Part shown: positions 1-13,593 of the stretch, piece after piece
Numbering within the stretch: the stretch's first letter is position 1
Layout of the letters: each line of letters begins with the position of its first letter
Assembly (NCBI GenBank): GCA_002245135.1
Contig: NGBS01000295.1
Span: 124,001-188,000, forward strand
Reading direction: 5' to 3'
Length of the DNA: 64,000 nucleotides
Origin: Proteromonas lacertae
Lineage: Eukaryota
Notes under the pieces: generated by a model
The model's input: the letters and a program-made list of their open reading frames with translations, nothing else
What the model was told of the DNA's origin: nothing
Databases searched by the model: none
Program-made: the position numbers and the translations under genes

Positions 1-2337
1 TACTAATTATCAACAATATACAAATCTTTTATAATTGAAGTATTATATTTTGTGAATATTCCTTCTATAACATTACGCTTTGTATAAATAGTATTTTAAA
101 TTCTCTGTTGATATTATTTTCACTAATTCTGTGAGTTTAGGATTCAAAGTATCAAACACATCTTTTAATACATTTGATGAGGAAATTACTTTAATGTATT
201 CAGTACTAATGAGTTATATATTCATTATATACGCTAAAGTCTTCAAATCTTCTAATATCTTTTTCTTCTTACTAATCATATTCTATAAGGCTATTATATA
301 ATCTATAATACATTGCATGTATTGATATATTTAGACATTGGATCTTTCTTTATATCTAGACTTTTCAATTCATTCAATTTACTTTCATATTCTGATCTTT
401 CTTTAGGATATACAGTAATAGATAATTCACTATTACAAATAAAAAATATATATATAATTGACTATACCATAATTGCATTGCTAAATGTAATCTTGATTCT
501 TTCTTTTCTTCCCATTTCTTATAGAAATCATTCTGAAATTCTTTTACTGCATGTAATATTCTTAAACCTTTATCATTGTGCAATTGTTCAATCACTTTGT
601 TTAACTCTTCATTCTCTTTTTCTACGAATTTTTTATCTTGTATTAATTCTAAATCGTGTTGAAGATTATATATTGCACTTTCCATATCATTCCTTGCTTT
701 ATCTGCTTCTTGAAGATGAGTATCATAATCAATTCCATCAATTGATTGTTCTATTGAATCAATGCAGATAGTTGATGTTATTAATTCCATTTCACCTTTA
801 AAATATTCATATCAATAACTTTCTTTCTTTATTGTCAATTGTTAAATCACTATATCCACATAAAAATTGAGATAAGTGATTATTCATTTCAATAATTGTC
901 TTCTTGGTATTTTCACTGTAATTTGACAGTAATAATTCATTTTCATCTTCGTCTATTACTTCATAATTCCATAAACCATTTAATATCAAACCATAATAAC
1001 TACAACCGATATGATATATGTTCATCCATATTTATTGACTTATTCAATCCACAATTCTTTTTCATTTTATCATTCAAATATGTTTGAAGTATATTCTGAA
1101 TAAATGGAATTCTACATGTTCCTCCTGCTATCACTATTCCAGAAACTTCATCCACTTTTATTTTACACTTTTTTACACATTCATCTAGCAATGATTCAAT
1201 CTTTTTACCATATTCACCCTTTTTTAATATAGATTCAAATATTTCTTTACTAAATGTAGATTCAAAGTCTTCAGCATCATACAAATCAGAAACGGTTAAA
1301 TTTATCTATTTTTATATAACACACAACAGAAATATACAGTACTAGCACCTTCAGCTGATAATTTTTCTTTCACAGAAATCATTGATTGTAATATTTTCAT
1401 TCCACATCTATTATCATTCTTAATCTTTTCAAAATCCTTTTTAAATTCTTTACTCTTTTGTATTTCTAATTTTGCATACTTCACTAACAATTTGTCAGTA
1501 TTTCTTCCACAAATATCTAAACTATATACATTTCCTAATATTGTACATTTGTTCTAAAAATACAATAAATAGTAAAAAAACAATACATTCTCATATTTTA
1601 CACCTGTTATACTAGCACATGTATAACCAATATCAACTAAAAACAATATTTCTGATTTATCTGAATATCTACTATCGTTTTCATATCCATAACACAAAGC
1701 ATAAGCTATTTTTTCATTCAGAATATCTTTGCATGTTATTGTGTTATTTTCATACTTAAAATTACACAGCATTTTTAATTCTTGCTTTTGTTCTTTAGTA
1801 TAATATGGAGGATAACTAACAATCCAACTTTGATCTGATATATTTTCATCTTCAGATTTTTTATATATAACAATATCTTCAATCGAATTGAAATATGTGT
1901 AATATATATCTCTATATCCAAATTTCATTTTATCTTTTATATAATCTGCCTGTAATATATATATTATTCAATATATACTTCAAAATAAGGTTGGTTATTC
2001 TTATCTTTTAATAATTTATACGGATAATAATCTAATTGGCAGCTTTTTAAACTTCTCCACATCATATACCATAGCGAAGAAGTCTTTTCCATTGACTACT
2101 GCATTATTTAGATCTTTAGCTGCCTAATTTAATGAAAAGAATTCTATACTAAAGTTTTTCCATTAGGATATCTTTTATTTTTCGCAAATGCAAAAAATGT
2201 ACTATTCATTATATTTTACATTAATACGGTGATAATCTTTTGTCAAGTTTATTTGATAAAACCTCCACAGTCGCATTTGTTTTATATTTTGATACTAAAA
2301 AGTAATATGATCCTAAATCTATTCCAATAATTGACAT
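1..2337 (-). CDS. Divergent Hsp70-superfamily chaperone (Hsp110/Sse1-like), multi-exon; 3' end runs off or ends near the window start
   Basis: Spliced start at 2337 reads MSIIGIDLGSYY..VEVLSNKLDKRLSP across 26-27 nt GT-AG introns. Later exons carry LVDIGYT, KEKLSAEGA, VIAGGTCRIPFIQ and LNKSINMDEHISY, which match Hsp70 NBD motifs. Confidence 0.85.
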
Positions 2338-2442
2338 TTATAACTTTACAGTTGAATGGATCAAAACGACTAGATTTATTGAAACATACAATGACATGTA
2401 AATTGACATATATTGACCTAAACTGTTTTTTCAATTTATCTC

Positions 2443-5400
2443 ATGTCCTTGTTAGCATCAGTAGCTAAAAAGGGTATATAGCAATGATATTTAAATAATA
2501 GATGATATAAATAGTTTTATGAAATCAATAGCTGAAGATAATGATCAACCTCAACAACAAGACTTGTGTTGGTATGATAAAATAGCTCAATTAGATGGCT
2601 TTATCTGATTTATTTTACTGGAAGCAGAGTGAAAGTGGTTTCAAAGAATCCAAGGATATAATGAAGAGTTGGGGTGATGAATCAAAATGGTTAATATGGC
2701 TAAAAAGTACAGAAACGCATCTTCAAGAGAAAAAAGAATTAAGTGTATTATTTCTGTAAAAATATACTTTGCTATAGAAATTGAAAGAAGATTGTTTATA
2801 TTCTCAGCAATTAGTAGATGAAGATGAATATTTATCCGATTTAATCAATTCAAATTATGATCCAGTAGAAAGAGAAAGAACAAAACACGAATTTAGTAAA
2901 ACAAAAGAAAAAATCTTTTCAACAGCTGTTTGTGAATATTCAGATATATGTAAAGAAGAAAGAGAAGAAACAGCTAAAAGATTAATCAGTTGGACTAATG
3001 TAGAATCTGAATTTGAATTTGGAAATAAAATATTGAATGATTTGAATGGTTTATTTGAATGTAATATAGAGAACATAATGAAATATCCACCATCATTATC
3101 AACAGAAAAACAAACAATGACATTATCATTAGATAATATCTCCTAGCTAATTTATCACTCAATCATGGAAACTATATGGTAATGTATATTCCACCAGAAT
3201 CACAATGTGATAATAATAATAATAATAATAATGAATGGGAAGTTGTGTATGGAACAAATGAAATAACGCCAATCAATCGATGTGATTGTCCATTTGGATA
3301 TGAAATGATATTAACAGCTAAATCTGCATTGTTAGACATAAATGATGATATTCAGATGATATATGAAATTATATCTCATTTGATAGATGGAATTCATCCA
3401 TCTGGTCGTTCTTTATATGAGATGATAATGGATAAACCAGAAGAATCCTCAAATTTATTAAAAGAAAGATTGAGTAGTTTGGGTTATATTGGAATTTATG
3501 AATTTGAATTGGGAAAATATGAGTATAGAAGAAAGTGAAACAAAATGTATTATATATATTATCTTTTACTATTGTTTTATGCATAGACTACAAGCTTAGT
3601 AAATACTATCGAATTTAGAGTAAGAAAGTATGGCAGATATTACTTTGAAATACATCCAGGTGTAACTGAAACAAATGATTGGATGGTAGGATTGACATGG
3701 AAAAAAGATGAAGTATGTAATTATTAATTATTTATTTTATTAACATAGACATGTCTATTTCCAGGATGTAATGAATATTCAATTGGATTATCATCAATGG
3801 GTAAAATATGGTTTAATAATACTAATAAAGTATAATTTTTCTGTATTTATTATTATGTATTAAATAGTATTATTGTCCAGTTTTAAGAAATGTAATGGTT
3901 GTTGGAATGTTGGTTGATCTTAATTTAGGATATATTTCATTTATTATTGATGGACATGATTATGTATAATAATAATAATAATAAATTATGTGATTATATT
4001 TATTTAGGGTTCTAGTATTGGATGGGGAAGTGAAACATTTTCAATTAAAGAAAGAGACATTCATATTGAAGCGTTAAGAGGTAAAAGTGTTTATCCAGTA
4101 TTTGCATTGAAAGGAGAAGTTAATTCAAGACTCAATACACCACAAACTCCAATGAGAGGTAGTGATGAAATTAATAAGAAAAATAGATATGGAAATCCAG
4201 AGTTTATAACTGAAGCAAGGTATTTCTATTATTATTATTATTATTATTGTAATGTTAATCTAGAACTGCTATGGATGAAAGTAAATTTCCAAGACTTTCA
4301 ATAAATTTTGGACTTTTTGATTTTATCTATTCTCCTACTGATGCTTATAGTTTTGATTATTATTTAGAGTTAAAGAAAGATATTGTATAAGATATATGTT
4401 TTATTTATTTGATGATAGGATAATCATGAAATAGTGAATAACCACATAACCAATTACATCCAAGAAATTGATGATAAATATAATACAAAACCAAAAGAGG
4501 ATAGTTTATATCGTTTTAAAACTTTAGTCAGTAAAATGCATTACACTAAGGAATCATTTTCTCATTTCCCATCAGAATCAGTTTTATTCTTCAATGCAGT
4601 TTATCTAATGAAAAGAGCAATGCAAAAGTTCAAACTCAGGAAAATAAAGAATTCAAAATATAAAATAAATAATATGGCTGCTATCAAAATTCAAAGATAT
4701 TATAAAAGAAATCATCAGAATGCTGTTCGTCATTATAATTATTATTCTACAAAGATTCAAAAGATATGGAAAGGATATAATGTTAGGTTGCATACTCACT
4801 TGTTATTGAAATATAGGATAACTGAAGAGAAATTAACAAAATTTGTGATAATTATGCAAAAGTATATATTGTATTTAAAGTAATTTATAATGTATAATAT
4901 AATAGAATTATTCGTGGGTTTTTGAGTAGAAGGTATTATAAGAGACAAATGAAAATATTGACTGAAGTTACAGCTTATATTCTTAAAGCAGTTATTAGAA
5001 TTCAAAGAAACTATAGAATGTACAAGAATAAGAAAAGAATTATTAACAATTATAGAATATATAGAAATATAATAAAGATACAGAGTATATGGAGGATGTA
5101 TAAACTGTCAAAAGAATTTAAAAGAAACAAATGAGAAAGAATATGAAAAACTAAAGAAACTAGGAAAAGATATTGTTAGAATTTCAAAATGGTCAAAGTA
5201 TTTAATTTATTTTGTTTATATATTATTATTAATAGATGTGCTGTTCAGATTCAAAGAATATGGAGAGGATATGATGATCGAACATTTGCTAGATTAAAAC
5301 GCAAACATTATATTAGAGCATCAAAGATTATATGGAAAGCATGGAGAACTCATAAATTATATAAATATGTTAATGGTCATTATGATTATGATAGTTCTCG

Positions 5401-5458
5401 TATAGTTATTAAAGCATATGTTTGTATGAAGTATATATTCAATTGGAGAAAGTATTAG
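2443..5458 (+). CDS. SPRY-domain plus multiple IQ-motif protein (multi-exon; apparent frameshifts near 2594, 3143 and 5125)
   Basis: Exons 3586-4100 give GRYYFEI..WMVGLT..YSIGLSSMGKIW..VVGMLVDLNLGYISFIIDG (SPRY). Region 4434-5458 has repeated IQ motifs (AAIKIQRYYKR, KIQKIWKGY, IQRNYRMY, IQSIWRMY, AVQIQRIWRGY). Whether the 5' part belongs to the same gene is inferred. Confidence 0.65.
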
Positions 5459-5605
5459 GTGTTAAAATTATCTCTTAATTAATTTATTTAAAGTATATTG
5501 TTTGTGTTTGAATGAGATTGAAGTATAAAATTTGAGTTTTATAAATTAAGCTTGAATGTCGATTTGAGAAACGAATATATTTTCAATAACACATTTTTGC
5601 GATTT

Positions 5606-7394
5606 ATGAATGAAGGAGAAGTTTATTCAATACTTGGTATAGGAAATAATTTTTATTATCAATTATGTTCCCCTGATACGCAAGTTAAACAACCATATGA
5701 AATACCTTTTTTTAAAGATTTTCAAAAGTATCACAAAGAGAGTGTATATTTTGTTAATATAAGTTTAATCAGATAATATATTTGGGAGCTGGACTTCATT
5801 ACTCATTAATTGAAACTTCTGACTTTGATATTTATATTTGGGGAACATTGCATGAAAGAATATACAAATCACCATCAATTCTTGCTTTTTCTTCATCTGT
5901 TCATATCAAAATTGTATTTCATATAGATTTTAATCAAATAGATATCTTGTGGTGAAAGGCATATATGTTGTATTGATGATAAGAATAATATATATTCTTT
6001 GGGATATGGTAAATATGGAAGACTAGGACATGGTAATGAAGATAACTATGAAAACCCAAAAAGAATAGAAATATTTGATAAACTCTTACAAAATGGTGAA
6101 TTTGTTGTTAATATAAGCGGCTGGAGGTGAGCATACAGTGTGTTATACAAATTATAATACAATATTTAGTTGGGGTCAAAATAAACATAAACAGTGTGGT
6201 TTAGATGATCCATTAAAACTATTGAGTATAAAAATATGGAAATTTAATATTTAAATAATATAGATCCAACAAAACTACCCTATATTATTTCACCAATAAA
6301 GCAAATATCGTGTGGTAGAAATCATACTGTAATACTGACACTTGATAATGAAATATATACATTTGGATATAATAAATATGGATGTTTAGGTATTATAGGA
6401 TCAACAAAATATGATTTATCAAATCCAACAAAAATGAAAAGTCTAAAATGTGAAAGTATATATTATATATTATTATTGTTATTGTTATATAGTTAATAGT
6501 GTAATAAGTAGTAGTAATTATAATTTTGCTATATCCAATGATAATAAAGTATATTCATGGGGTTATAATGAAGATGGTGAATTGGGATTGAGTAATACAA
6601 CAAACTGTTATTATCCAAAAGAAATACAAGAATTGAGAGGTAAAAACATAGAAAAAGTATTATATTATAATATAATATAATGTATTAATTATTTTAATAG
6701 ATTTTAAGTTGTAATTATCATTCAATTGCATTATCAAATAATCATTATGATTGCTATGTTTGGGGATATAATTTCAGTATAAACATTATATGATTTAATA
6801 TATATAATATATATTCTAATAGATAATGAAATGGGTATAAAATCTCAAACAATTCCTTGTGATTCTTTAGAGAATGGTAATTTAATTGTTATTCCAAAAA
6901 TTCTTCCGTTTTTCTATAAGATGATTGTATATAATATTGCATGTGGAGGAAATCATTTATTATTTTTAACCACTCCATATACACCATTGAATTATGATGA
7001 AATAAAGATATATAAAAGTGAGGATGTAGATATGATGAATGATAATAATTATGTTGCAGATTTGGATGTTTTTTATATTAATGAGACTATTAGAGCTATT
7101 AAACATGATGATTTTACTACTGTATATATATTATATATTATATATCTAATTATATTGTAATTAGTTTGTTAATATGCTATTTAAAGGAGTTGATGTAAAT
7201 AGTATTGATGATTTATGGTAATACATTATTAATAATTGCATGTCAATGTAATAAACCAGCAAATTGTGAGATATTTGATAAATAAAGGTGCAAATTTGTC
7301 GCTTAGAAATTTTAATGGATTAAATGCTCTTGACTGTAGTAAGTTGTATAAATTCAATGAAATTACTGATATTTTAACTAGTTATATGTTTTAA
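5606..7394 (+). CDS. RCC1-repeat protein with C-terminal ankyrin repeats (frameshifts at about 6119, 7213 and 7260)
   Basis: Repeats ISCGERH..YSLGYGKYGRLGHG, ISCGRNHT..YTFGYNKYGCLG, VYSWGYNEDGELGL, IACGGNH. The repaired tail reads GVDVNSIDDYGNTLLIIACQ..IVRYLINKGANLSLRNFNGLNALD. Confidence 0.85.
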
Positions 7395-7496
7395 TGATTG
7401 TGGTATAGGTTTATGTAATTTTTTAAGAATTATTCGCAAACTCTGTTCTCAAGCTTTTTTTCGTTTTTCCTTCTTTGTTCAATTTGTATAGATTAA

Positions 7497-8173
7497 ATGT
7501 CAGAAAATCAAACGAATTCTGGTAGTATGGAGTGTTGCATATGTTATGACAAAGTATTTTTAAATTTAAGAATGATTTAGGTGAAAGAACCTATGGTCAC
7601 TCCATGTGGGCATTTATTTTGGTATATTTTAATCAATATTTTTTTAATATAGTTATGATTGTATAGAACAAGTATAATTAGTTACAATATACGAAATAGT
7701 GGCTAGAAGATGGTCATAGCCAATGTCCAATATGTAAATCATTTGTATCAACAAATAATTTAATACCTCTTTACATAAATTCAGATAATGATAAAGATCC
7801 AAGGTATTTTAGTATTTTGCCACTTATAATAGAACATTGCATCATAGAAGACCTCCACAATACAATCAACAACAAAGACAACAATCTTCTCAACCACAAC
7901 AGAATGAAAGACAAAATTATGAACAACCACAACAACCAGGGTTTTTTGTATAATAAGTAATAGTTAATTGTGTATAGAACAGTATAATAAACAAAATAAA
8001 TAGAGATTTTGAGAATCTTGGTTTAGTATTGTTTGATTTTTATATAATAGGCGTTTTCTTTCCAAGGTATTACATCAGACGCTGGAAGAAGGCAGCAACA
8101 GATATCACAAGCACTTATCATAATTCCAATTGTATTTGTAGCACTTATACTAATAAATTCGATCTATTCATAA
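7497..8173 (+). CDS. C3HC4 RING E3 ligase with C-terminal transmembrane anchor (RNF5/RNF185/Rma1-like)
   Basis: Manual splicing gives MSENQTNSGSMECCICYDK|VKEPMVTPCGHLFC|YDCIEQ|WLEDGHSQCPICKS..LIPLY..DKDPR, then a Q-rich linker and a hydrophobic tail ALIIIPIVFVALILI. Confidence 0.85.
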
Positions 8174-8321
8174 TTTTTAGAGCATTTTATTTGTATATTT
8201 GTATTGAATGAAGCACCAATTTGAAAAATAACAACTTTGTATAACTCTACAAACCCCTGTTATGCAGAAAAATGAATAATGAGAATTTTCTCAAACAGGT
8301 TTGTGAGTTTTTTTATTGAAA

Positions 8322-9008
8322 ATGCCATCTGTTGATGAATTAAAGAAAATGGCTGCTGATAAATCAGTAAGCTATCTTAAGAGCGGAATGTGTGTTGGTT
8401 TAGGAACAGGTAGCACTGTATTCCATGTGGTTAACAAAATAGCTGAGTTAGTGAAATCAGGTGAACTTAAAGATATGAAATTTGCTTCAACATCAATTGC
8501 TACAACCAAACAAGCAAATTCTCTTGGTTTAAAAATTGATACTCTTGATGAATGTAAAGAATTTGATATTGCCATTGATGGTGCAGATGAAGTTGATCCA
8601 GACCTTCAATTAGTGAAAGGTTTTGGTGGTGCTTTAACAAGAGAGAAATTAGTTGAATTATGTGCAAAAGAATTCATTGTTGTTGTAGATGATAGTAAAC
8701 TTTCTCCAATTTTAGGAAAAAGAAGTGTTCCTGTAGAAATTGTTCCATTTGGATATACAATCACAATTAGTAGATTAGAAGCATTAAACTGTGAGCCAAA
8801 ACTTCGTATGGATGGAGATAAGCCATATGTGACTGATAATGGTAATTATATTGTTCATTTGACATTTAAAGATGGTATTTCAGATGTAAATAGTATGGCT
8901 GATAAGATAAAAGCTGTTCATGGTGTTGTAGAACATGGATTGTTTGTAAATATGGCAAAGAAAGTAATTGTTGCTAAACCTGATGGAATTGAAATAAAAG
9001 AAAAATAA
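8322..9008 (+). CDS. rpiA: Ribose-5-phosphate isomerase A, intronless
   Basis: Signature motifs GLGTGST, DIAIDGADEVD, KGFGGALTREK, VPVE, TDNGN and GVVEHGLF. Confidence 0.97.
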   Translation: MPSVDELKKMAADKSVSYLKSGMCVGLGTGSTVFHVVNKIAELVKSGELKDMKFASTSIATTKQANSLGLKIDTLDECKEFDIAIDGADEVDPDLQLVKGFGGALTREKLVELCAKEFIVVVDDSKLSPILGKRSVPVEIVPFGYTITISRLEALNCEPKLRMDGDKPYVTDNGNYIVHLTFKDGISDVNSMADKIKAVHGVVEHGLFVNMAKKVIVAKPDGIEIKEK

Positions 9009-9239
9009 AATATTCACTTTCTTTTTAATACATTTCTTTTTGTTATAATGAAACATTTAAAATATCAATAGAATATAAAAATAATAATATGATTAATTAT
9101 TCAATATTAAAGAATTGTTTTGCAAAGTATTTATTTTCTTCTATTAACAGATCATAGTATAGAAAATTGTTGATTCATATATAAATGATTAATTATAAGC
9201 AATATAATGAAATTAATATAAGTAAATTAATTCATTAAG

Positions 9240-9651
9240 TTACTGGTGCATACACCTCTCTGGATATTCTTCATATGGAGGTCTTGAGTATGAATAATTG
9301 ACATATACATTAGAACTTTCTCTTTGTTTCTCTAATTCTCTGATCTTATTGTTCTTTTCGTTCAGTTGATTGTTCAGTTTTTCAATAGCTTTATTCATTG
9401 TTTCTATGTTATTTTTAAGACTGCTAATCACATTATTCTTTTCATCTAATTCATTTCTTGTAGTAAGTAGTTTTCTTCCTGTTCTTTTGTTGCAAATATA
9501 CTGTTGATTAAGCTCTTCTTGTGCTATTCTTAATTTTTCTTTTTCTTCTTCTAATTTTAAATATAATTCTTCAATTGACTTCTAAATCAATAAAAATTGT
9601 TGTTTATACGTTAGTAGCATTTGAAGATGAAGGTAAATAGAATTTTGTCAT
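9240..9651 (-). CDS. Small coiled-coil protein of unknown function
   Basis: ATG at 9651, one short GT-AG intron, then a continuous E/K/N/L heptad-rich frame joining ORF 9240-9431. Confidence 0.55.
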
Positions 9652-9782
9652 TTATGTAAATTTGTTTTTTATGTAAAAACAATTCACTATTTCTCACTAA
9701 CATCATATAAGTTCAAAAATTATAAATAAATAACAAAATTTTATTTCACAATCATTTTAAGAGTTTCACTCATATATTGAGG

Positions 9783-12700
9783 TTAATTAGTTAAATACAT
9801 ATTATTATCAGCATCTCTATAAACAATTCTATTTCTCAACCTTAATATATCAGTATCTTCAACAATTGATGACATGTCACTCAACTCATTTGAATCATTT
9901 AAATCATCATTTATAGCTTTGTGAGTTACATCATCCTTATTTCTACATTTGCGATATAAACTCCACATACATAAACCTCCAGTTATGAATAACAATGCAA
10001 TGTATTGTTTTTCTGTAAGATTAAATAAAAAATTTTGTATTATACTTTTCCAGTTTTCTTCTTCATCATCTTCTTCATATTTCAATTCAGGAACCCATGA
10101 CGTAACTAACTCTACTGGAGGAGGATCAATAACCCTTTCAGATTCTATCATTATATTTTCATGCTGATTCTCTTGATTAACTTGTTCATTTTGATTATCT
10201 TGCTGTTGATCATTATTCTTTTGTTGACTTTCATGTGGATTTTCATGTTGTTGATTATTCACATCTCCATTCTGTTCATTCTCTTTTTGATTTTCTTCAT
10301 TTTGTTGGTTATTCTTTTCTCCAATCTCTTCTTCAGTATTTTTCTCATTATCTTCCTCATTATTGCTTTGTTGATTATTATCTTGACCTTCTAGTTCATT
10401 CTCATTTTCATTCTCATTTTCTTCTATTTTTTGTTGTTTTTCTTGTTGATTATAATCTTCTCCATCATTCTGTTTCTGAATTACTTCTTCATTATCTTGC
10501 TGTTTATCATTATCCTCTTGTTGATTTAGGTTATTATCCATCTGTTGATTGTCTTCTTCATTTTGTTGGTTCTCTTGTTGATTATTTTCTTCTTTACTAT
10601 CTTCCTTATTATCTTGTTGATTATTGTTTTGTGGATTATTCACTTCATTCTCTTGTTGTTGATTATCATTCTGTTGATTATTATTATTTTGAAGATTATT
10701 ATCTTCAGTATGATGATTATTTTCTTGTTGATTATTATCTTCATTATCTTGTAGGTGATTCATTTCCTTATTATCATTTTGATCCTTATTTTCTTCTACA
10801 TTTTGTTGTTTTTCTTGTTGGTTATTATTCTCTTGCTGATTGTCCATTTCCTCATTCTCTTTTTCATTTTGTTCATTCTCATTTTTTTCATTTTTATCAT
10901 CTATTTTCACTGGATTTTCTTTATTCTCTTCATCATTGATTATCTCTGGAGGTAAATCAATTATTATTCTAGTTACATTTTCATTCCCTTTATTCATATC
11001 CTGTATTAATGTGTTATTCTCTGTTAGATTCATATATGATTCTGGTATTCCATAATAATACTTCAATACTTCATCATCATTTAGATTAATAATAGTATCA
11101 TTATTTATCATCATACTAGAGTTATTATTCAGTTTATTATTCTTATTAATATCATTTTTCTGTGTAAAAACTGTTGGTTTATTGTTATAATTGTTATATA
11201 AATAATACCCACTTGCTATCAACATCAAACCTAATAACAAACCTAATAAAAGCTTTATTATTAGCTTAATATAGCTAAATGACTGTTTTTCTTCAATGTT
11301 TCTATTGTTATCATCTTCATTTTTATCAATATCATTATTCTCTTTGTTATTGCTATTATTGTTATTATTATCATAATCATAATACTCAGAACCATCAGAT
11401 AATTCATCATTCAAAGATTCATTATTTGTAGTATTAATTAAGTTTTTATCATCATCATCATCCAGAATAACTAATTCCATCTTCATTCTTATCAAATGTA
11501 AATCTTTTCTTCACTTTACTAAAATCATTATCATCTTCTCCTTTTCTTCTTCTTTCTTGTTCTCTTAATAGTTTCTCATTTACAGTATGATATGAAATCT
11601 GTTGTAATAATGACCTATGTTTTGGAGATTCAGAATAAAAGTCCTTACGCCCAACATGTGATTTAGCTCTAAAACTGAATTCTATTGATTCTGTATATTT
11701 TTCTCTTTTTTCTCTAGATGGTAATAGTATTTGCTCTATTTCTAATAATGTCCTATTTAGTAATTCTTTATCTTGAAATGATGTAAAACTAATACAATCT
11801 CGAAACATATCGATTATATCTTCCATGTAGAATAATAAATATCGTTCCATTGTTTCATCAAATAATTCATTCAGTTTTGTTATTAATTGAAATAAGCATG
11901 TTTTCTGTAGGTCAATTTCTTGTGATATTTTATATAAGAAAAAATGAGATATCTTTTTCAACGTTTTTTTTATAAATTTCTGTAAATTTTCTTTTGTTTC
12001 GATTTTTAATATATAATTGAATATTATATGTTTAAAATGAGTTGAAAATGTAGGTAAATCTCTACAAGGATAGACTAATAATTCATTTATTTCATTATCA
12101 TTAATCAGCTTATACCAATTATCGATTTTGTTATACCATTTCTCACCAAAACTCTTTATACAATATCTTTCCAATTTCTTTGTCATTTCTTTCATTTTAT
12201 CATCTGTTTTTTCTTCATCTGGAAGTGATTTAAATTCGTTATATTCTTTTATTATATCACTATATATTCTATCAGCCTTTTTTATTATTGGAATTTCTAC
12301 TTTCTTAATCTCATTATAAATTATTTCATACTTTTCATCTATTCTTTTTCTTATCTCTTCTATTATTTCATCTTTTAAAGGATCAACTATTATTTTAGTA
12401 CTATTTTTTGTTGGTGTAGAAAATGATACTTGGTATTCATCAGTATTCTCTCTCTTTATCTTTACATCACCAATATTTTTAACTGGAATTACCATTGGAC
12501 TTTGTATATTATTATTATTTCTATTATTATTATTATTATTGTAATAATAATAATTCTCATTGTCTGATTCATAAGGTGTTGATGCTGCACTACTGCTTGC
12601 ACTAGTCGTATTAGAAGGAGGCGTCATTGATGGAAACTTTGTTTTATAAAAGTTATCTAATATTCTTCTATATTCTTTTCTTGTTTTTACTTCTTTATCT

Positions 12701-13388
12701 AATAATGACATGTGGAATAGTTTGTATAATTTATCGATTCTACTCAGTGTTTCATTGTTATAATCATCAAGATTTGTAGAAGGTTCTTTACAACTGTTTA
12801 TATCCATTCTTGTGGGTGACATTATTAACTCTTCTAATACTGAATTATGTTTATCATAACTATAATTCAGATTTAAAAATATCTCTGGATGGGATTTTAC
12901 CATCGACATTATATCTACAGATAAATCCAATTGTTTTATCTCTTTTTGAAGGTATTTTTCAAGAATTACACAGAAATAGTACATGAATGATCTAGAGTTA
13001 CTTCCTGATCCAATTGGAAGAAATACTGCTCTACCTATTAGCTTGGATCGAGCTAAATCTTTCCAACAATCGATATTGGACATCCAATCCTTATCATATA
13101 GATATTCACATCGTTGGATTAATGCTTTTGCTAATATATGACCCATTTGTTTGTTTCTATTTTTTGAGGGTATTAACATGTATTGAGCTGTTAGTGAATT
13201 GAAATCAAAGGCAGATATTGGTGTTATAAATTTTAATTCTTCTCCAGATGTATTCTTATATTCTACAACAAAATCTTCTTCCTAAAAAAAGATGATCTAC
13301 ATAGATTTTATACTTCTGATATAATTGAGGTGATTATTGAGTTATTACTATAGAATTCATCCTTGGTTATTTGTGAATCATCAGCCAT
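9783..13388 (-). CDS. Large hypothetical membrane protein: helical N-terminal region, TM, N/Q/E-rich region, second TM (ORFs 11458-13179 and 9783-11495 probably one gene)
   Basis: ATG at 13388 plus one intron joins ORF 11458-13179. Deleting one G at about 11462 fuses it to the 570 aa ORF (..ISYS-DDDDDK..). Hydrophobic segments are LIIKLLLGLLLGLMLIASGYYLY and YIALLFITGGLCMWSLY. Confidence 0.6.
10140..10930 (-). repeat. Coding low-complexity imperfect repeat (DNNQQE/ENNQQ-type units)
   Basis: Recurrent TTGTTGATTATT(A/T)TC on the + strand, translating to N/Q/E/D-rich units. Confidence 0.8.
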
Positions 13389-13593
13389 TAATCAAAAAGA
13401 TTGATTTATAAAAGAATAAACAATTAAAAAAATTCAAATTTGAAATTCAAAAATCAAGCTTAATTCTTTTTTTATCTCTTCCTATAATGAATATATGGAG
13501 ATAAAACTGGCATATTATTCATTACTGATCTACATTTCATCATATTCATATAAAAAACAAAAGAATAAACAAATATATATATTGATTTATTAT

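Noticed and set aside
10161..11055. Very hydrophobic + strand ORFs (10161-10394, 10235-10939, 10545-10754, 10755-10955)
   Set aside because: Antisense shadows of the N/Q/E low-complexity region on the minus strand.
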